A DNA stretch of 64,000 nt from NCBI GenBank assembly GCA_963707915.1, contig OY970178.1, forward strand, positions 2,816,001 through 2,880,000. The letters run 5' to 3'. Each line of letters begins with the position of its first letter. Within the stretch, counting starts at the first letter, position 1. This document shows positions 29,295 to 38,325 of the stretch, piece after piece. The DNA comes from Candidatus Eiseniibacteriota bacterium. Lineage in GTDB: Bacteria > Eisenbacteria > RBG-16-71-46. The translations under genes were made by a program, and so were the position numbers. A model generated the notes under the pieces. That model ran no database searches. It worked only from the letters and a program-made list of their open reading frames with translations, and was not told the origin of the DNA.

Positions 29295-30043
29295 ACGCGC
29301 ATCTCGTCGAGCGTGCCGATCAGGCGCTCCACCTCCGTGAGGAACCGGTGGTAGAGCACGAGCACCTCGTCGGTCTTGTAGCGCCGCGTCGAGTAGCGGA
29401 ACAGGTGGGCCGAGAGCAGGCCCTGCGCGTCGAGCTGGTAGAGCTCGGCCACGCGCTGGATGATGCGGGCCGGCTCGACCGGCACGGGCTCCGCGCGCAG
29501 CCGCAGCAGGGTGCGGAACAGGGTGGCGAAGCCGCTCGCGCTGGCCCGCAGCATGCGCTCCAGCGCCGGCCCGTCGGAGCGGTGGAGCAGGTAGTTCTGG
29601 CGCAGCTGGATGTGCTTGCCGCGCAGCTCGTGCTCGCACTGCAGGCGCAGGTAGGTGCGCGGCACGTCGAGCCCGCTGAAGACGTCCTCGCCCTCGAGGC
29701 GCAGGTGGCGCTCCTGGATCTCGACCCACTCGATGGGGAACGAGTCGAGCGAGCCCTCGATCTGGGCGCGGCTGAGGAAGAGCGGATCGATGAACGGCCG
29801 CTTGCGCTGGGCGGGCATGGACTTCGCGACCGTGTCCAGCCGCGGACCGTCGAGCGAACGCGCCACGACCAGCACGTTGACGTGCGAGTGCTTCGGGTCG
29901 AAGCCCCGCGTGAGCACGCTGCCGGTGAGGTACGCCGCGATGAACTCCGGTCCGACGGCGTCCCGCACCGGGGCCAGCCACTTGCGCGCGAGCTCCACGA
30001 TCTCCGCCGCGGGTTCGAAGAACGAATCGTCTGGAGTGTGCAT
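29291..30043 (-). CDS. Nucleotidyltransferase-fold protein (type often found next to LemA/TPM genes)
   Basis: AYLTGS....F....SHVNVLVV, PLFL...I..S.D.FPIE, L.GED, LRLQCEHELRGK...LRQ.Y. Confidence 0.75.
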   Translation of the reverse strand: MHTPDDSFFEPAAEIVELARKWLAPVRDAVGPEFIAAYLTGSVLTRGFDPKHSHVNVLVVARSLDGPRLDTVAKSMPAQRKRPFIDPLFLSRAQIEGSLDSFPIEWVEIQERHLRLEGEDVFSGLDVPRTYLRLQCEHELRGKHIQLRQNYLLHRSDGPALERMLRASASGFATLFRTLLRLRAEPVPVEPARIIQRVAELYQLDAQGLLSAHLFRYSTRRYKTDEVLVLYHRFLTEVERLIGTLDEMRV

Positions 30044-30050
30044 GGCCTCG

Positions 30051-30079
30051 ACGCTAGCCCGCGCCGCGGCGAGGGTCAA
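30051..30079 (-). promoter_or_regulatory. Sigma70 promoter giving a probably leaderless mRNA for the NTase-TPM-lemA operon
   Basis: Minus strand TTGACC (30079-30074), 17 nt, TAGCGT (30056-30051), 7 nt, ATG (30043). Confidence 0.6.
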
Positions 30080-30121
30080 GCGCGGAGCGCCGCCGCCGCG
30101 CCGCCCGCGGATGGCCGCCGC

Positions 30122-30151
30122 TTGACCCCCGTTCCCGCCAGCGCCTACGGT
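30122..30151 (+). promoter_or_regulatory. Possible sigma70 promoter for the FAD oxidoreductase
   Basis: TTGACC (30122-30127), 18 nt, TACGGT (30146-30151). Confidence 0.4.
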
Positions 30152-30221
30152 CGGGCCTCGGGGCAGCGTGCGCAACCGCGCGAGCGGTCCCGGGTTCCGC
30201 GGCCCGGCTTCGGAGGACGGC

Positions 30222-31202
30222 GTGCACGAGGTTCTGATCATCGGCGGCGGTCCGGCCGGGCTCACGGCAGGCATCTACTGCCGGATGCGCAAGCTCTCGG
30301 TGCTGGTGGTCGACGCCGGCCGTGTCGGCGGCCAGTTGGTCTCGGTCTACGCCGACAAGCTGGTGCACGACTGGCCGGGCCAGGCCCAGGTGGTCGCCGA
30401 CGACCTGGCCGGCCAACTGGTCACGCACGCGCGCGAGTCGGGCGTCGAGTTCGCGGAGCACGAGAAGGTCGCGGACCTGCGCCGGCTCGAGACCGGCTTC
30501 GAGGTGGTCACGCGCGACGCGCGGACCCGCGAGGAGCGCGTCCACCCCGCGGCCGCGATCATCATCGCGATCGGTGCGGGCGCCTACCAGCCGCGCCTCC
30601 TCCACGTGCCGGGCGAGGAGGGACTGTCCGAGGAGTCCGTCACCTACGGGATGCCCGTCCCGGCGCGGGCGGCCGGACGCGCGGTCGTGGTGGTGGGCGG
30701 CGGCGATTCCGGGCTCGAGAGCGCGCAGGCCGCGCACCGCGCGGGAGCCCGCGTGACGATCGTCCACGGGCGCCCCGGGTTCAAGGGCATGGAGGTCAAC
30801 CTCGACGCGGTGGAGCGGATGGGCATCCCCCGGCTGCTCGACACCAGGGTGAAGGAACTGGAGGTCGCGGACGGCGGGCTCCAGGCCGTGGTGGTCGAGA
30901 CCCGCGGGGAACCCGGGACCCGGCGGCTCGAATGCACCTACCTGGTGGTGAACATCGGCGCCGCGGTGGACCTCGAGGCCGTGCAGGGCTGGGGCGTGGC
31001 GGTCGACGGCGGCCACGTCCCGGTGGACCGCGCCATGCAGACCTCGGTGCCGGGGATCTTCGCCTGCGGCGACATCGCGGCCTACGAGGGCAAGGTCAAG
31101 CTGCTCATCACCGCTTCGAGCGAGGGCGCGGTGGCCGCGAACTCGGCCTACGCGTTCGTGCGCAGGCCGGCGCACGTCACGATGAAGGACCTCTACCGAT
31201 GA
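30222..31202 (+). CDS. TrxB-fold NAD(P)/FAD oxidoreductase without CxxC (ferredoxin-NADP+ reductase type II / YumC-like)
   Basis: IIGGGPAGL, GGQL...Y..K, VVGGGDSG, TSVPGIFACGDI..Y.GK.KL; no CxxC at the thioredoxin-reductase site; GGAGG RBS. Confidence 0.85.
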   Translation: MHEVLIIGGGPAGLTAGIYCRMRKLSVLVVDAGRVGGQLVSVYADKLVHDWPGQAQVVADDLAGQLVTHARESGVEFAEHEKVADLRRLETGFEVVTRDARTREERVHPAAAIIIAIGAGAYQPRLLHVPGEEGLSEESVTYGMPVPARAAGRAVVVVGGGDSGLESAQAAHRAGARVTIVHGRPGFKGMEVNLDAVERMGIPRLLDTRVKELEVADGGLQAVVVETRGEPGTRRLECTYLVVNIGAAVDLEAVQGWGVAVDGGHVPVDRAMQTSVPGIFACGDIAAYEGKVKLLITASSEGAVAANSAYAFVRRPAHVTMKDLYR

Positions 31203-31224
31203 GGACGGGACCGGAGCGGGGACG

Positions 31225-31719
31225 ATGACGACGCCGGACGGCGCGGCGCTCGAGATCCGCCGGCTCGAGGGGGTGAGCGAGGCGGAGGCCTGCGCGCGGA
31301 TGATGGCGGCGAGCGAGCCGTGGATCACGCTGCGGCGCGACGCCGGCGCCGCCCTCGCCATCCTCACCGATCCGGGACGCGAGTCCTACGTCGCGCGGAT
31401 CGACGGCGAGCTCGCCGGCTTCCTCATCCTGGTGATGCACGGCGCGTTCGTCGGCTACATCCAGTCGATCTGCGTCACGCCCGGGCGGCGCGGCCAGGGG
31501 CTGGGCCGCCGGATCATGGCGTTCGCCGAGGAGCGGATCCTCCGCGACACGCCCAACGTGTTCCTCAACGTCGCCTCGTTCAACCCGGAGGCGCAGCGGC
31601 TCTACCGGAGACTCGGCTACGAGGTCGTGGGCGAACTGCGCGACTACATCGTGCCGGGCCACTCCGAGGTCCTCATGCGCAAGACCACGGGCCCGCTGGC
31701 GGAGTTCCGCAGGGGATAG
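31225..31719 (+). CDS. GNAT family N-acetyltransferase
   Basis: SEPW.TL, ICV.P..RGQGLG, N..A..LY.RLGY. Confidence 0.9.
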   Translation: MTTPDGAALEIRRLEGVSEAEACARMMAASEPWITLRRDAGAALAILTDPGRESYVARIDGELAGFLILVMHGAFVGYIQSICVTPGRRGQGLGRRIMAFAEERILRDTPNVFLNVASFNPEAQRLYRRLGYEVVGELRDYIVPGHSEVLMRKTTGPLAEFRRG

Positions 31720-31761
31720 GGAGGCGGCCGCGCGCCGGGCGGGACGGGGAGCGCCGGCCGG

Positions 31762-31971
31762 TCAGCCGGCCAGTTCGTTGCCGTCGTCGTCCTCGACGAC
31801 GATCGCGCTGCACGGGCAGGCCTCGGCCGCCTCGATCAGCAACTCGAGACTCGCAGCCTCGTCGTCGAGCACGACGACCTTGTTCTTGCTGTCGAGAGCG
31901 AAGACCGCGGGCGCGATCTCGACGCACTCGGCGTTGCCACAGCATGCGCCGTGGCGGATGCGAACCTGCAT
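31762..31971 (-). CDS. Small ferredoxin (probably 3Fe-4S type)
   Basis: CxxNxxC...AP.VF...EACP..AI; AGGAGG RBS. Confidence 0.88.
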   Translation of the reverse strand: MQVRIRHGACCGNAECVEIAPAVFALDSKNKVVVLDDEAASLELLIEAAEACPCSAIVVEDDDGNELAG

Positions 31972-32131
31972 GGGGGCCTGGCACCTCCTGTCGGGCGGAG
32001 GCCTCGGGAACCCCGCGCTCGATGGCCCGACTCTAGTCGCTGCCGCTGCACCCGTAAAGCGCGCCGCGCTCCGCGCTCCGTCCCGCACTCCCGGCTGGCG
32101 CTTCGTGAACGGTCCGGGCTAGAGTCGCCGC

Positions 32132-34189
32132 GTGACCCCGGACATCCCGGTCCTGCGCGAATTGCTGCTGCTCGCGGGCGCCTCGCTCGCGGTGGTGCTG
32201 TTGTTCCGCCGGCTGCGGCTGCCCGCCACGGTGGGCTTCATCGTGACCGGCATCCTGATCGGCCCCGGCGGCTTCGCGCTGGTGAGCGACCCGGCGCTGG
32301 TGCGCACGCTGGCCGACTTCGGCGTCGTGGTCCTGCTCTTCACGGTGGGGCTCGAGTTCTCCTTCGCCGACCTGAAGCGCCTCGGCCGGCGCGCGCTGGT
32401 GGGCGGCGCGCTCCAGGTGCTGCTCACCGTGCTGGTCGTGGCGGCCGCGCTGATGCTCGGCGGGCGGCACCCGGCGCGCGCGCTGTTCCTCGGCATGCTG
32501 GTCTCGCTCTCGAGCACGGCGCTGGTGCTCAAGCTGCTCACCGACCGCATCGAGTTGCAGTCGCCGCACGGCCGCACGACCACCGGCGTGCTGCTGTTCC
32601 AGGACCTGGTCGCGGTGCCGTTCCTGCTGCTGGTCGTGCCGCTCGGGCGCTGGGCGCGCGGAGAGCCGTTCACCGCCGCCGAGCTGGTGGCGGGGCTGCC
32701 CCAGGCGCTGGTCGTGCTGGCGGTGGCGGCGGCCGTGCTGCTGTTCGCGCGCCGCGCCATCCCCTGGCTGCTCGGGCGCGCCTCGCGCTCGGGCTCGCGC
32801 GAGGCGTTCCGGTTCGGCCTCCTGCTGGTGGTGCTGGGCAGCGCCTCGCTCGCCTCGCGCGCGGGCGGCTCGCTCGCGGTCGGCGCCTTCCTCGCGGGCC
32901 TGCTGCTCGCGGGCTCCGAGCTGCGCGACCTGATCGCCGCCGACCTGCTGCCGCTGCGCGACACGCTGGCCAGCGTCTTCTTCATCGCGGTGGGCATGTC
33001 CTTCGACCCGGCGGTCGTGCTGGCGCTGCCCGGCCTGGTGGCGCTGAGCACCGCGGGGCTGGTGCTCGTCAAGGTGGTCATGGCCTTCCTCGCCCTGCGC
33101 GTGAGCGGTGCCCCGGCGCGGGTCTCGTTCGCCGCGGCGCTGGCGCTGGCGCAGATCGGCGAGTTCTCCTTCGTGATCGCCCAGGCCGGCCGGCCGCTCG
33201 GGCTGCTGGGCGGGAGCGGCTCGCAGGCCTTCTTCGCGGGCGCGGTGTTCTCGCTGCTGCTCACGCCGTTCGTGGTGCCGCTGGCCCCGGCCTGGGCGCT
33301 CGCCCTCGACCGCGTGCTGCCGGGGCGCGGGCGGGCCGCGGCGGCGGGCGCGGACGCGGGGGACGAGGCGGGGCCGGCGCGCGGCGGGGACGCCGCGCCG
33401 CGGCGCCCGCGGGAGAACCACGTGGTCATCGCGGGCTTCGGCGTGAACGGGCAGAACGTCGCCCGCGTGCTGCGCTCGGTGCGCCTGCCGCACCTGGTCG
33501 TGGACCTGGACCCGGACGCCGTGGCCCTGGGGCACGGGCAGGGCAGCCCGGTGATGGTCGGCGACATCGGCAACGCGCTCATCCAGCGCGAGGCGGGCGT
33601 GCCGCGCGCGCGGGTGGTGGTGCTCGCGCTCAGCGATCCCACCGCCACGCGCCACGCCTGCCGCATGGCGCGCTCGCTCTCGAGCGAGGCGTTCATCATC
33701 GTGCGCACGCGCTACGTGGACGAGATCGACCAGCTCTACGCCGCGGGCGCGAACCAGGTCATCCCCGAGGAGTTCGAGACCTCGATCGAGATCTTCACCG
33801 CGGTGATGCGCGAGCTGCACGTGCCCACGAACATCGTGCAGGCGCAGATCACCCTGCTGCGGCAGGAACGCTACAGCCTGCTGCGCGGCCGGCGGCTGCA
33901 GGGCGCGATCCTCGATCAGCTGCCGACCATCCTGCTCGAGCGCACCACCGACACGTTCCTGCTGCTGCAGGAGTCGCCCGCCGTCGGTCGCACCGTGGGC
34001 GAGGCCGGCCTGGGCGCGGCGGGCGGGGCCAGGCTCGTGGCGATCGTGCGCGGCGGGCGTCCCCTGACCGCCGTCGGGGACGACTTCCGCCTGGGCGTCG
34101 GCGACACGCTGGTCGTGACCGGCACGCACGCCGAGGTGGACCGGGTGTTCGAACGACTGAGCCCGCCCACGGCGCCCGGCCTGCCCTGA
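32132..34189 (+). CDS. CPA2 (Kef-type) cation:proton antiporter with RCK_N and RCK_C domains
   Basis: GVVVLLFTVGLE, SLSSTA, LLFQD, LAQIGEFSFV, HVVIAGFG..G, VIPEEFE, C-terminal TrkA-C-like ...GDTLVVTG. Confidence 0.92.
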   Translation: MTPDIPVLRELLLLAGASLAVVLLFRRLRLPATVGFIVTGILIGPGGFALVSDPALVRTLADFGVVVLLFTVGLEFSFADLKRLGRRALVGGALQVLLTVLVVAAALMLGGRHPARALFLGMLVSLSSTALVLKLLTDRIELQSPHGRTTTGVLLFQDLVAVPFLLLVVPLGRWARGEPFTAAELVAGLPQALVVLAVAAAVLLFARRAIPWLLGRASRSGSREAFRFGLLLVVLGSASLASRAGGSLAVGAFLAGLLLAGSELRDLIAADLLPLRDTLASVFFIAVGMSFDPAVVLALPGLVALSTAGLVLVKVVMAFLALRVSGAPARVSFAAALALAQIGEFSFVIAQAGRPLGLLGGSGSQAFFAGAVFSLLLTPFVVPLAPAWALALDRVLPGRGRAAAAGADAGDEAGPARGGDAAPRRPRENHVVIAGFGVNGQNVARVLRSVRLPHLVVDLDPDAVALGHGQGSPVMVGDIGNALIQREAGVPRARVVVLALSDPTATRHACRMARSLSSEAFIIVRTRYVDEIDQLYAAGANQVIPEEFETSIEIFTAVMRELHVPTNIVQAQITLLRQERYSLLRGRRLQGAILDQLPTILLERTTDTFLLLQESPAVGRTVGEAGLGAAGGARLVAIVRGGRPLTAVGDDFRLGVGDTLVVTGTHAEVDRVFERLSPPTAPGLP

Positions 34190-34223
34190 GCGGCGCCGGG
34201 CCCGGGCGCGCGGGCCGCGCCGC

Positions 34224-34232
34224 TGCTATGAT
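34224..34232 (+). promoter_or_regulatory. Extended -10 element (TG-C-TATGAT)
   Basis: TGCTATGAT about 33 nt upstream of ATG 34266, with a GGAG RBS in between. Confidence 0.5.
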
Positions 34233-34265
34233 GCGCCGAGCCACCCGACCGGTACCGGGAGACCC

Positions 34266-35669
34266 ATGCCCCTCCGCCTGCGCCTCCTCTGCTTCCTCCT
34301 CGTGAGCCTCGCGTGGGTCGCGGCGTTCCCCGGCGCCGCCCCGGCGGCCGCCGCGCGCGCCGCGACGTTCGTCTTCGGCGGCACGATCGCGGAGCCGGGC
34401 GGCCGGCCGATCCGGGGCGCGAAGGTGCTGCTGCGGGGCGTGCTCGATCCCGCCGCGCGGAGCGACGCCGAGGGTCGCTTCTCCTTTTCCTACGTCGTGC
34501 CGGACATGGAGGCGCTGGCGTCGGCGCCGCTGCAGCTCGTCCTGGGCGCGAGACACCGGAACTGGAACCTCGCGCTGCCGACCGGCGAGGGCGCGCTCGC
34601 GGTCGAGTTGCGGCTCGTGCGCCCGGCGGACGGGACCGCCCGGCTCGAGGTGCGCTCGAACGATGCCGCGGTGGCGAAGGCCGTGGCCGCGTCGTTCGAC
34701 GTGCCCGGCGACGCGACCATCGCGCTGCGCGCCGCGTTCATGAGGCAACGGGGGGCCGAGGACCGCTCCGAACCGAAGTGGACCGCGCTCGAGACCGTCG
34801 CGGCGCCGGCGCCGGTCGTCGTGCCGACCGCGCCCGCCGCGGTGCGCACGACTTCGACTTCCGCACCCGCCCCGGTCGTCGCGCCGCCGGCGCCCGCGCC
34901 GGTCGTCGCGCTGCTGGCGCCCGCCCCGCGGGCCGACACCGTGCGAGCAGCGCCTGCCGTGCCGGCGCCGCGAAGGCGGCCCGAGCGCCCCGGGAGCCTG
35001 AGCCTGTTCCCGAGCGCGCCCGAACCGGGCTCGGTGCGGAAGCCCGCGCCCGCGCGAGGCGCGGAGCCGGCCCGTGCGCCGGTCGTGACGCCGGCACCCG
35101 CGTCGCCGCCGGCGGACAGCCTCGGCGTCCGCCGCGCGACCCGGGCGGGCGTCGCCGCGTCCGCGCCGCCGGTGGTCGTTCGGGAGATCGCCGGCCCGCG
35201 GGTCGTGACGGACACCGCCGCCACCCCGGTCCCCGGCATCCGCGTCTCGGTGCGGCCCGACACTCTCGCTCCCGCTCCGCGCGGCGCGGGCTCCACCGCG
35301 CCGGGCGCCGGCGCGCTGCGCGTCGCGCTCGGCCGGGCGGTCGCCGCTCCGGACCTGCGCGATTCGACCGGGCGACCCTGCGAGTGCGAGGTGGAGGGCA
35401 CCGTCGAGGTGAGCGCGGACCGCTCGCTCCACTCCACGCTGCAGGTGGTCGTGTCGCTCGCGGGGATGCCGGCGCGCTGCGACACCGTGGCGCTCTTCAT
35501 GGGGCCGCCGCGCCCGTTCGACCTCGGGCGCGTCCCGTGCGGGAGCCACCGGCTCGAGGTGCGGCCGCTCTCGTCGCGCCTCTTCAAGGTGGCCGCCCCC
35601 GCGCTGGACGCGTTCGACTGCGGCGGGGGCCGGTTGCGACAGTTCCGGGTGGTGCTGACGCCGCAGTGA
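34266..35669 (+). CDS. Exported hypothetical protein: carboxypeptidase-regulatory-like N-domain, Pro/Ala linker, Cys-containing C-domain
   Basis: Signal peptide; G.I...GG.PI.GA.V...SDAEGRF; long P/A-rich linker. Confidence 0.65.
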   Translation: MPLRLRLLCFLLVSLAWVAAFPGAAPAAAARAATFVFGGTIAEPGGRPIRGAKVLLRGVLDPAARSDAEGRFSFSYVVPDMEALASAPLQLVLGARHRNWNLALPTGEGALAVELRLVRPADGTARLEVRSNDAAVAKAVAASFDVPGDATIALRAAFMRQRGAEDRSEPKWTALETVAAPAPVVVPTAPAAVRTTSTSAPAPVVAPPAPAPVVALLAPAPRADTVRAAPAVPAPRRRPERPGSLSLFPSAPEPGSVRKPAPARGAEPARAPVVTPAPASPPADSLGVRRATRAGVAASAPPVVVREIAGPRVVTDTAATPVPGIRVSVRPDTLAPAPRGAGSTAPGAGALRVALGRAVAAPDLRDSTGRPCECEVEGTVEVSADRSLHSTLQVVVSLAGMPARCDTVALFMGPPRPFDLGRVPCGSHRLEVRPLSSRLFKVAAPALDAFDCGGGRLRQFRVVLTPQ

Positions 35670-35773
35670 GCCGGGGGTGGTCCTCCGCCCGCTGAACGCG
35701 CATCCCGCGGCGCGTCGGTCCCGTTGGCCCCTCCCCGATTGAGCCCCGGCGCGTGCCGGGTTAGCCTCGCCGC

Positions 35774-37363
35774 ATGGATCCCGTTCCCTCCGCCGAGCGC
35801 GCGCTCGCGCTCACCGAGCGGCTCGTGGGCTTCCCGAGCGTCAGCCCCGACCTGGTGGCCGAGACCGCCTGCGCCGCGGAGTTGCGCGCACTGCTGCCCG
35901 CCGGGCTGGAGCAGGGCGAGTGGTACGCGCCCGACGGCCGGCCGGTGGTCTGGGCGCGGCTGCGCGGTCGCGGCGCCGGAACCGGGCCGCGGCGGATGAC
36001 GCTCCTGCTCTCGCACTACGACACCGTGGGGGTGGACGAGTTCGCCGCGCTCGGCGGGCGGCGCGGCGACCGCATCGCCTTCGACCCGGCCGCCCTGCGC
36101 GAGTTGTTCGTGAAGTACGCGCCCGAGACGCTGCCGGCCGGGTCGCACACGCTGCTCGCGGACCTGGCCGAGGAGAAGGCGCACCCCGGCACCTGGATGT
36201 TCGGGCGCGGCGCGCTCGACACCAAGAGCGGCATCGCCGCGGGGATCGTGGCGCTCGAGGCCCTGGCGCGGGACGAAGCGCTGGCCGGGGACGTGCTCTT
36301 CGTCTCGTGCCCCGACGAGGAGCACGGCTCGGCCGGGATGCTGGCCGCCGTCCCCGAGCTGGCGCGGTTGAAGCGCGAGGAGGGGCTCGACCTGGTGGGC
36401 GGGCTCAACCTCGACATCGCGCCCGAGCCCATGGCCTACGCCGGCGTGGTGGGCAAGGCGCTCGCCGGGCTCTACGTGCTGGGCCGTCCCACGCACGCCA
36501 GCACGCCGTTCGAGGGGGTGGACGCCGCGCAGCTGGCCGCCACCATCGTGGCGCATGCCACCTCGAGCCGCGAGCTGGTGGACTGCTCCGGCGGCCACGC
36601 CGCCGCTCCGCCGGTGGCCCTGCGGATACGCGACCTCAAGTCGGTCTACAACCTGCAGACCGTCGCGGAGGCTGAGGTCGAGCTCAACCTCATCACCATC
36701 TCCCGGCCGCTCTCCGTGACCCTCGACTGCCTGCGCCGGGTGACGCAGGGCGCGCTCGCGGAGCTGCTGCGCTCGATGCGGGAGCTGGCGTCGTGGGCCC
36801 AGCCGGGCGTGCCCGTTCGTGCCGCCCCTGCGAACGGCGAGGGGCAGGTGCTGCTCTGGCCCGAGCTGCTCCGGCTCGCGGGCGAGCCCGGCGAGTTGTT
36901 CGAGATCGGCGATTCCCCCGACGTGCGCGCCGCCACGCTGGCCCGCCTGCGCCACGTGGTGCGCGAGGCGCGGCTGCACGGCCCGGCCGTCGTCATCCAC
37001 CTGCTGCCGCCCTACTACCCGTGCGCCGAGCCCGGCAAGGGACCGCTGGTGCGCGCGGTTCGCGGGGTGATGGCGCGAGCGGGGCTCGAGGTGAGACCCT
37101 TCCACCCGCTCGTCACCGACGCGTCGTACCTGGCGTGGCGCGGCGAGCCACCCGAGGTGCTCGAGCGCCACATGCCGGCCTACGGGCGCGAGTACGCGCT
37201 CCCGCTCGAGGCGATGCGCGCGCTCGACCTCGACGTGGTGAACCTCGGCCCGTGGGGCCGCGATCCGCACGGGCGCTTCGAGCGCGTGCGCTGCGACTGG
37301 ACGTTCGGGCGGCTGCCCGGACTGGTGGCGGAGACCGTGAAGCGCAGCCTGGAGCCCCGATGA
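35774..37363 (+). CDS. M20 family metallohydrolase, RocB (arginine utilisation)-like
   Basis: LLSHYDTVG, WMFGRG..D.KSG, PDEE.GSAGM, VVGK, PPYYP, DASY, NLGPWG.D.H...ER. Confidence 0.85.
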   Translation: MDPVPSAERALALTERLVGFPSVSPDLVAETACAAELRALLPAGLEQGEWYAPDGRPVVWARLRGRGAGTGPRRMTLLLSHYDTVGVDEFAALGGRRGDRIAFDPAALRELFVKYAPETLPAGSHTLLADLAEEKAHPGTWMFGRGALDTKSGIAAGIVALEALARDEALAGDVLFVSCPDEEHGSAGMLAAVPELARLKREEGLDLVGGLNLDIAPEPMAYAGVVGKALAGLYVLGRPTHASTPFEGVDAAQLAATIVAHATSSRELVDCSGGHAAAPPVALRIRDLKSVYNLQTVAEAEVELNLITISRPLSVTLDCLRRVTQGALAELLRSMRELASWAQPGVPVRAAPANGEGQVLLWPELLRLAGEPGELFEIGDSPDVRAATLARLRHVVREARLHGPAVVIHLLPPYYPCAEPGKGPLVRAVRGVMARAGLEVRPFHPLVTDASYLAWRGEPPEVLERHMPAYGREYALPLEAMRALDLDVVNLGPWGRDPHGRFERVRCDWTFGRLPGLVAETVKRSLEPR

Positions 37364-38214
37364 AGGAAGCCGAAGTCCCCGCCCGCGCGAATCCGCTCAC
37401 GCCCTGGCGCTTCGCCCGGAACGTCACCACCGGCGTGCTCGACCACCAGTCCATGGGCTCGGCGGCGATGATCGCCTACTACCTGCTGTTCGCGACGTTC
37501 CCCTTCCTGCTAACGCTCGCCAGCCTGCTGGCGTTCCTGCCCATCCCGAACCTCATGGACTGGCTGCTGCGCCTGCTCGGCGAGGTCGTGCCGTCGGCCG
37601 CGGTGGACCTGATGCGCAATAGCGTCCGGCGCCTGGTGACGCGGCAGCACAGCGGGCTGCTCTCGGTCGGCATCGTGGTCTCGGTCTGGGCCGCCGCGAA
37701 CGCGGTCGAGGCCTTCATGCAGGCGCTCAACCGGGTCTACGGGCTGCGCGAGCACCGGCCGTTCTGGCGGACGCGGGGCATCGCCCTCCTGCTCGCGGTC
37801 GGGGTCTCGCTGTTCACCGTGCTGGGCCTGCTCGCGCTCTGGTTCGGCGCGCGGGTGAGCCACTGGTGGGCCGGTCGCGGCGGGCTCGGGCCGCTCCCGG
37901 TGCAGGTCTGGGACACCGCACGCTGGCCGCTGGTGCTGCTGTTCCTGATCGTGGCGATCGACCAGCTCTACTACATCGGGCCGGCGGTGCGGCAGCGCTG
38001 GCGCTGGGTCACGCCGGGGGCCGTGGTCGCGGTGCTCGGCTGGGTCGCGGCCTCGCTCGGCTTCTCCGCCTACGTGCGCCACTTCGGCTCGTACAACGCG
38101 ACCTACGGCAGCATCGGCGCGGTCATCATCCTGCTCACCTGGATGTACCTGACCGCGTTCCTCGTGCTGCTCGGGGCCGAGATCAACGCCGCGGTGGGCG
38201 AGCGGGAGACCTAG
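37360..38214 (+). CDS. YihY/BrkB family membrane protein
   Basis: AA.IAYY.LFA.FP, ALNRVY, YNATYGSIGAVIILLTW.YL...LLGAEINA. Confidence 0.92.
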   Translation: MKEAEVPARANPLTPWRFARNVTTGVLDHQSMGSAAMIAYYLLFATFPFLLTLASLLAFLPIPNLMDWLLRLLGEVVPSAAVDLMRNSVRRLVTRQHSGLLSVGIVVSVWAAANAVEAFMQALNRVYGLREHRPFWRTRGIALLLAVGVSLFTVLGLLALWFGARVSHWWAGRGGLGPLPVQVWDTARWPLVLLFLIVAIDQLYYIGPAVRQRWRWVTPGAVVAVLGWVAASLGFSAYVRHFGSYNATYGSIGAVIILLTWMYLTAFLVLLGAEINAAVGERET

Positions 38215-38325
38215 CCCGGGCGGTCCGCCGTTCGCGCGCGCGGTACGCTCCGGCGCACCGTCCCCGGAGCCGGACGGCCACCCCGAAGGGCGGCCGTCCG
38301 ACCGTCAGGACCGGGCGCGATCCCG

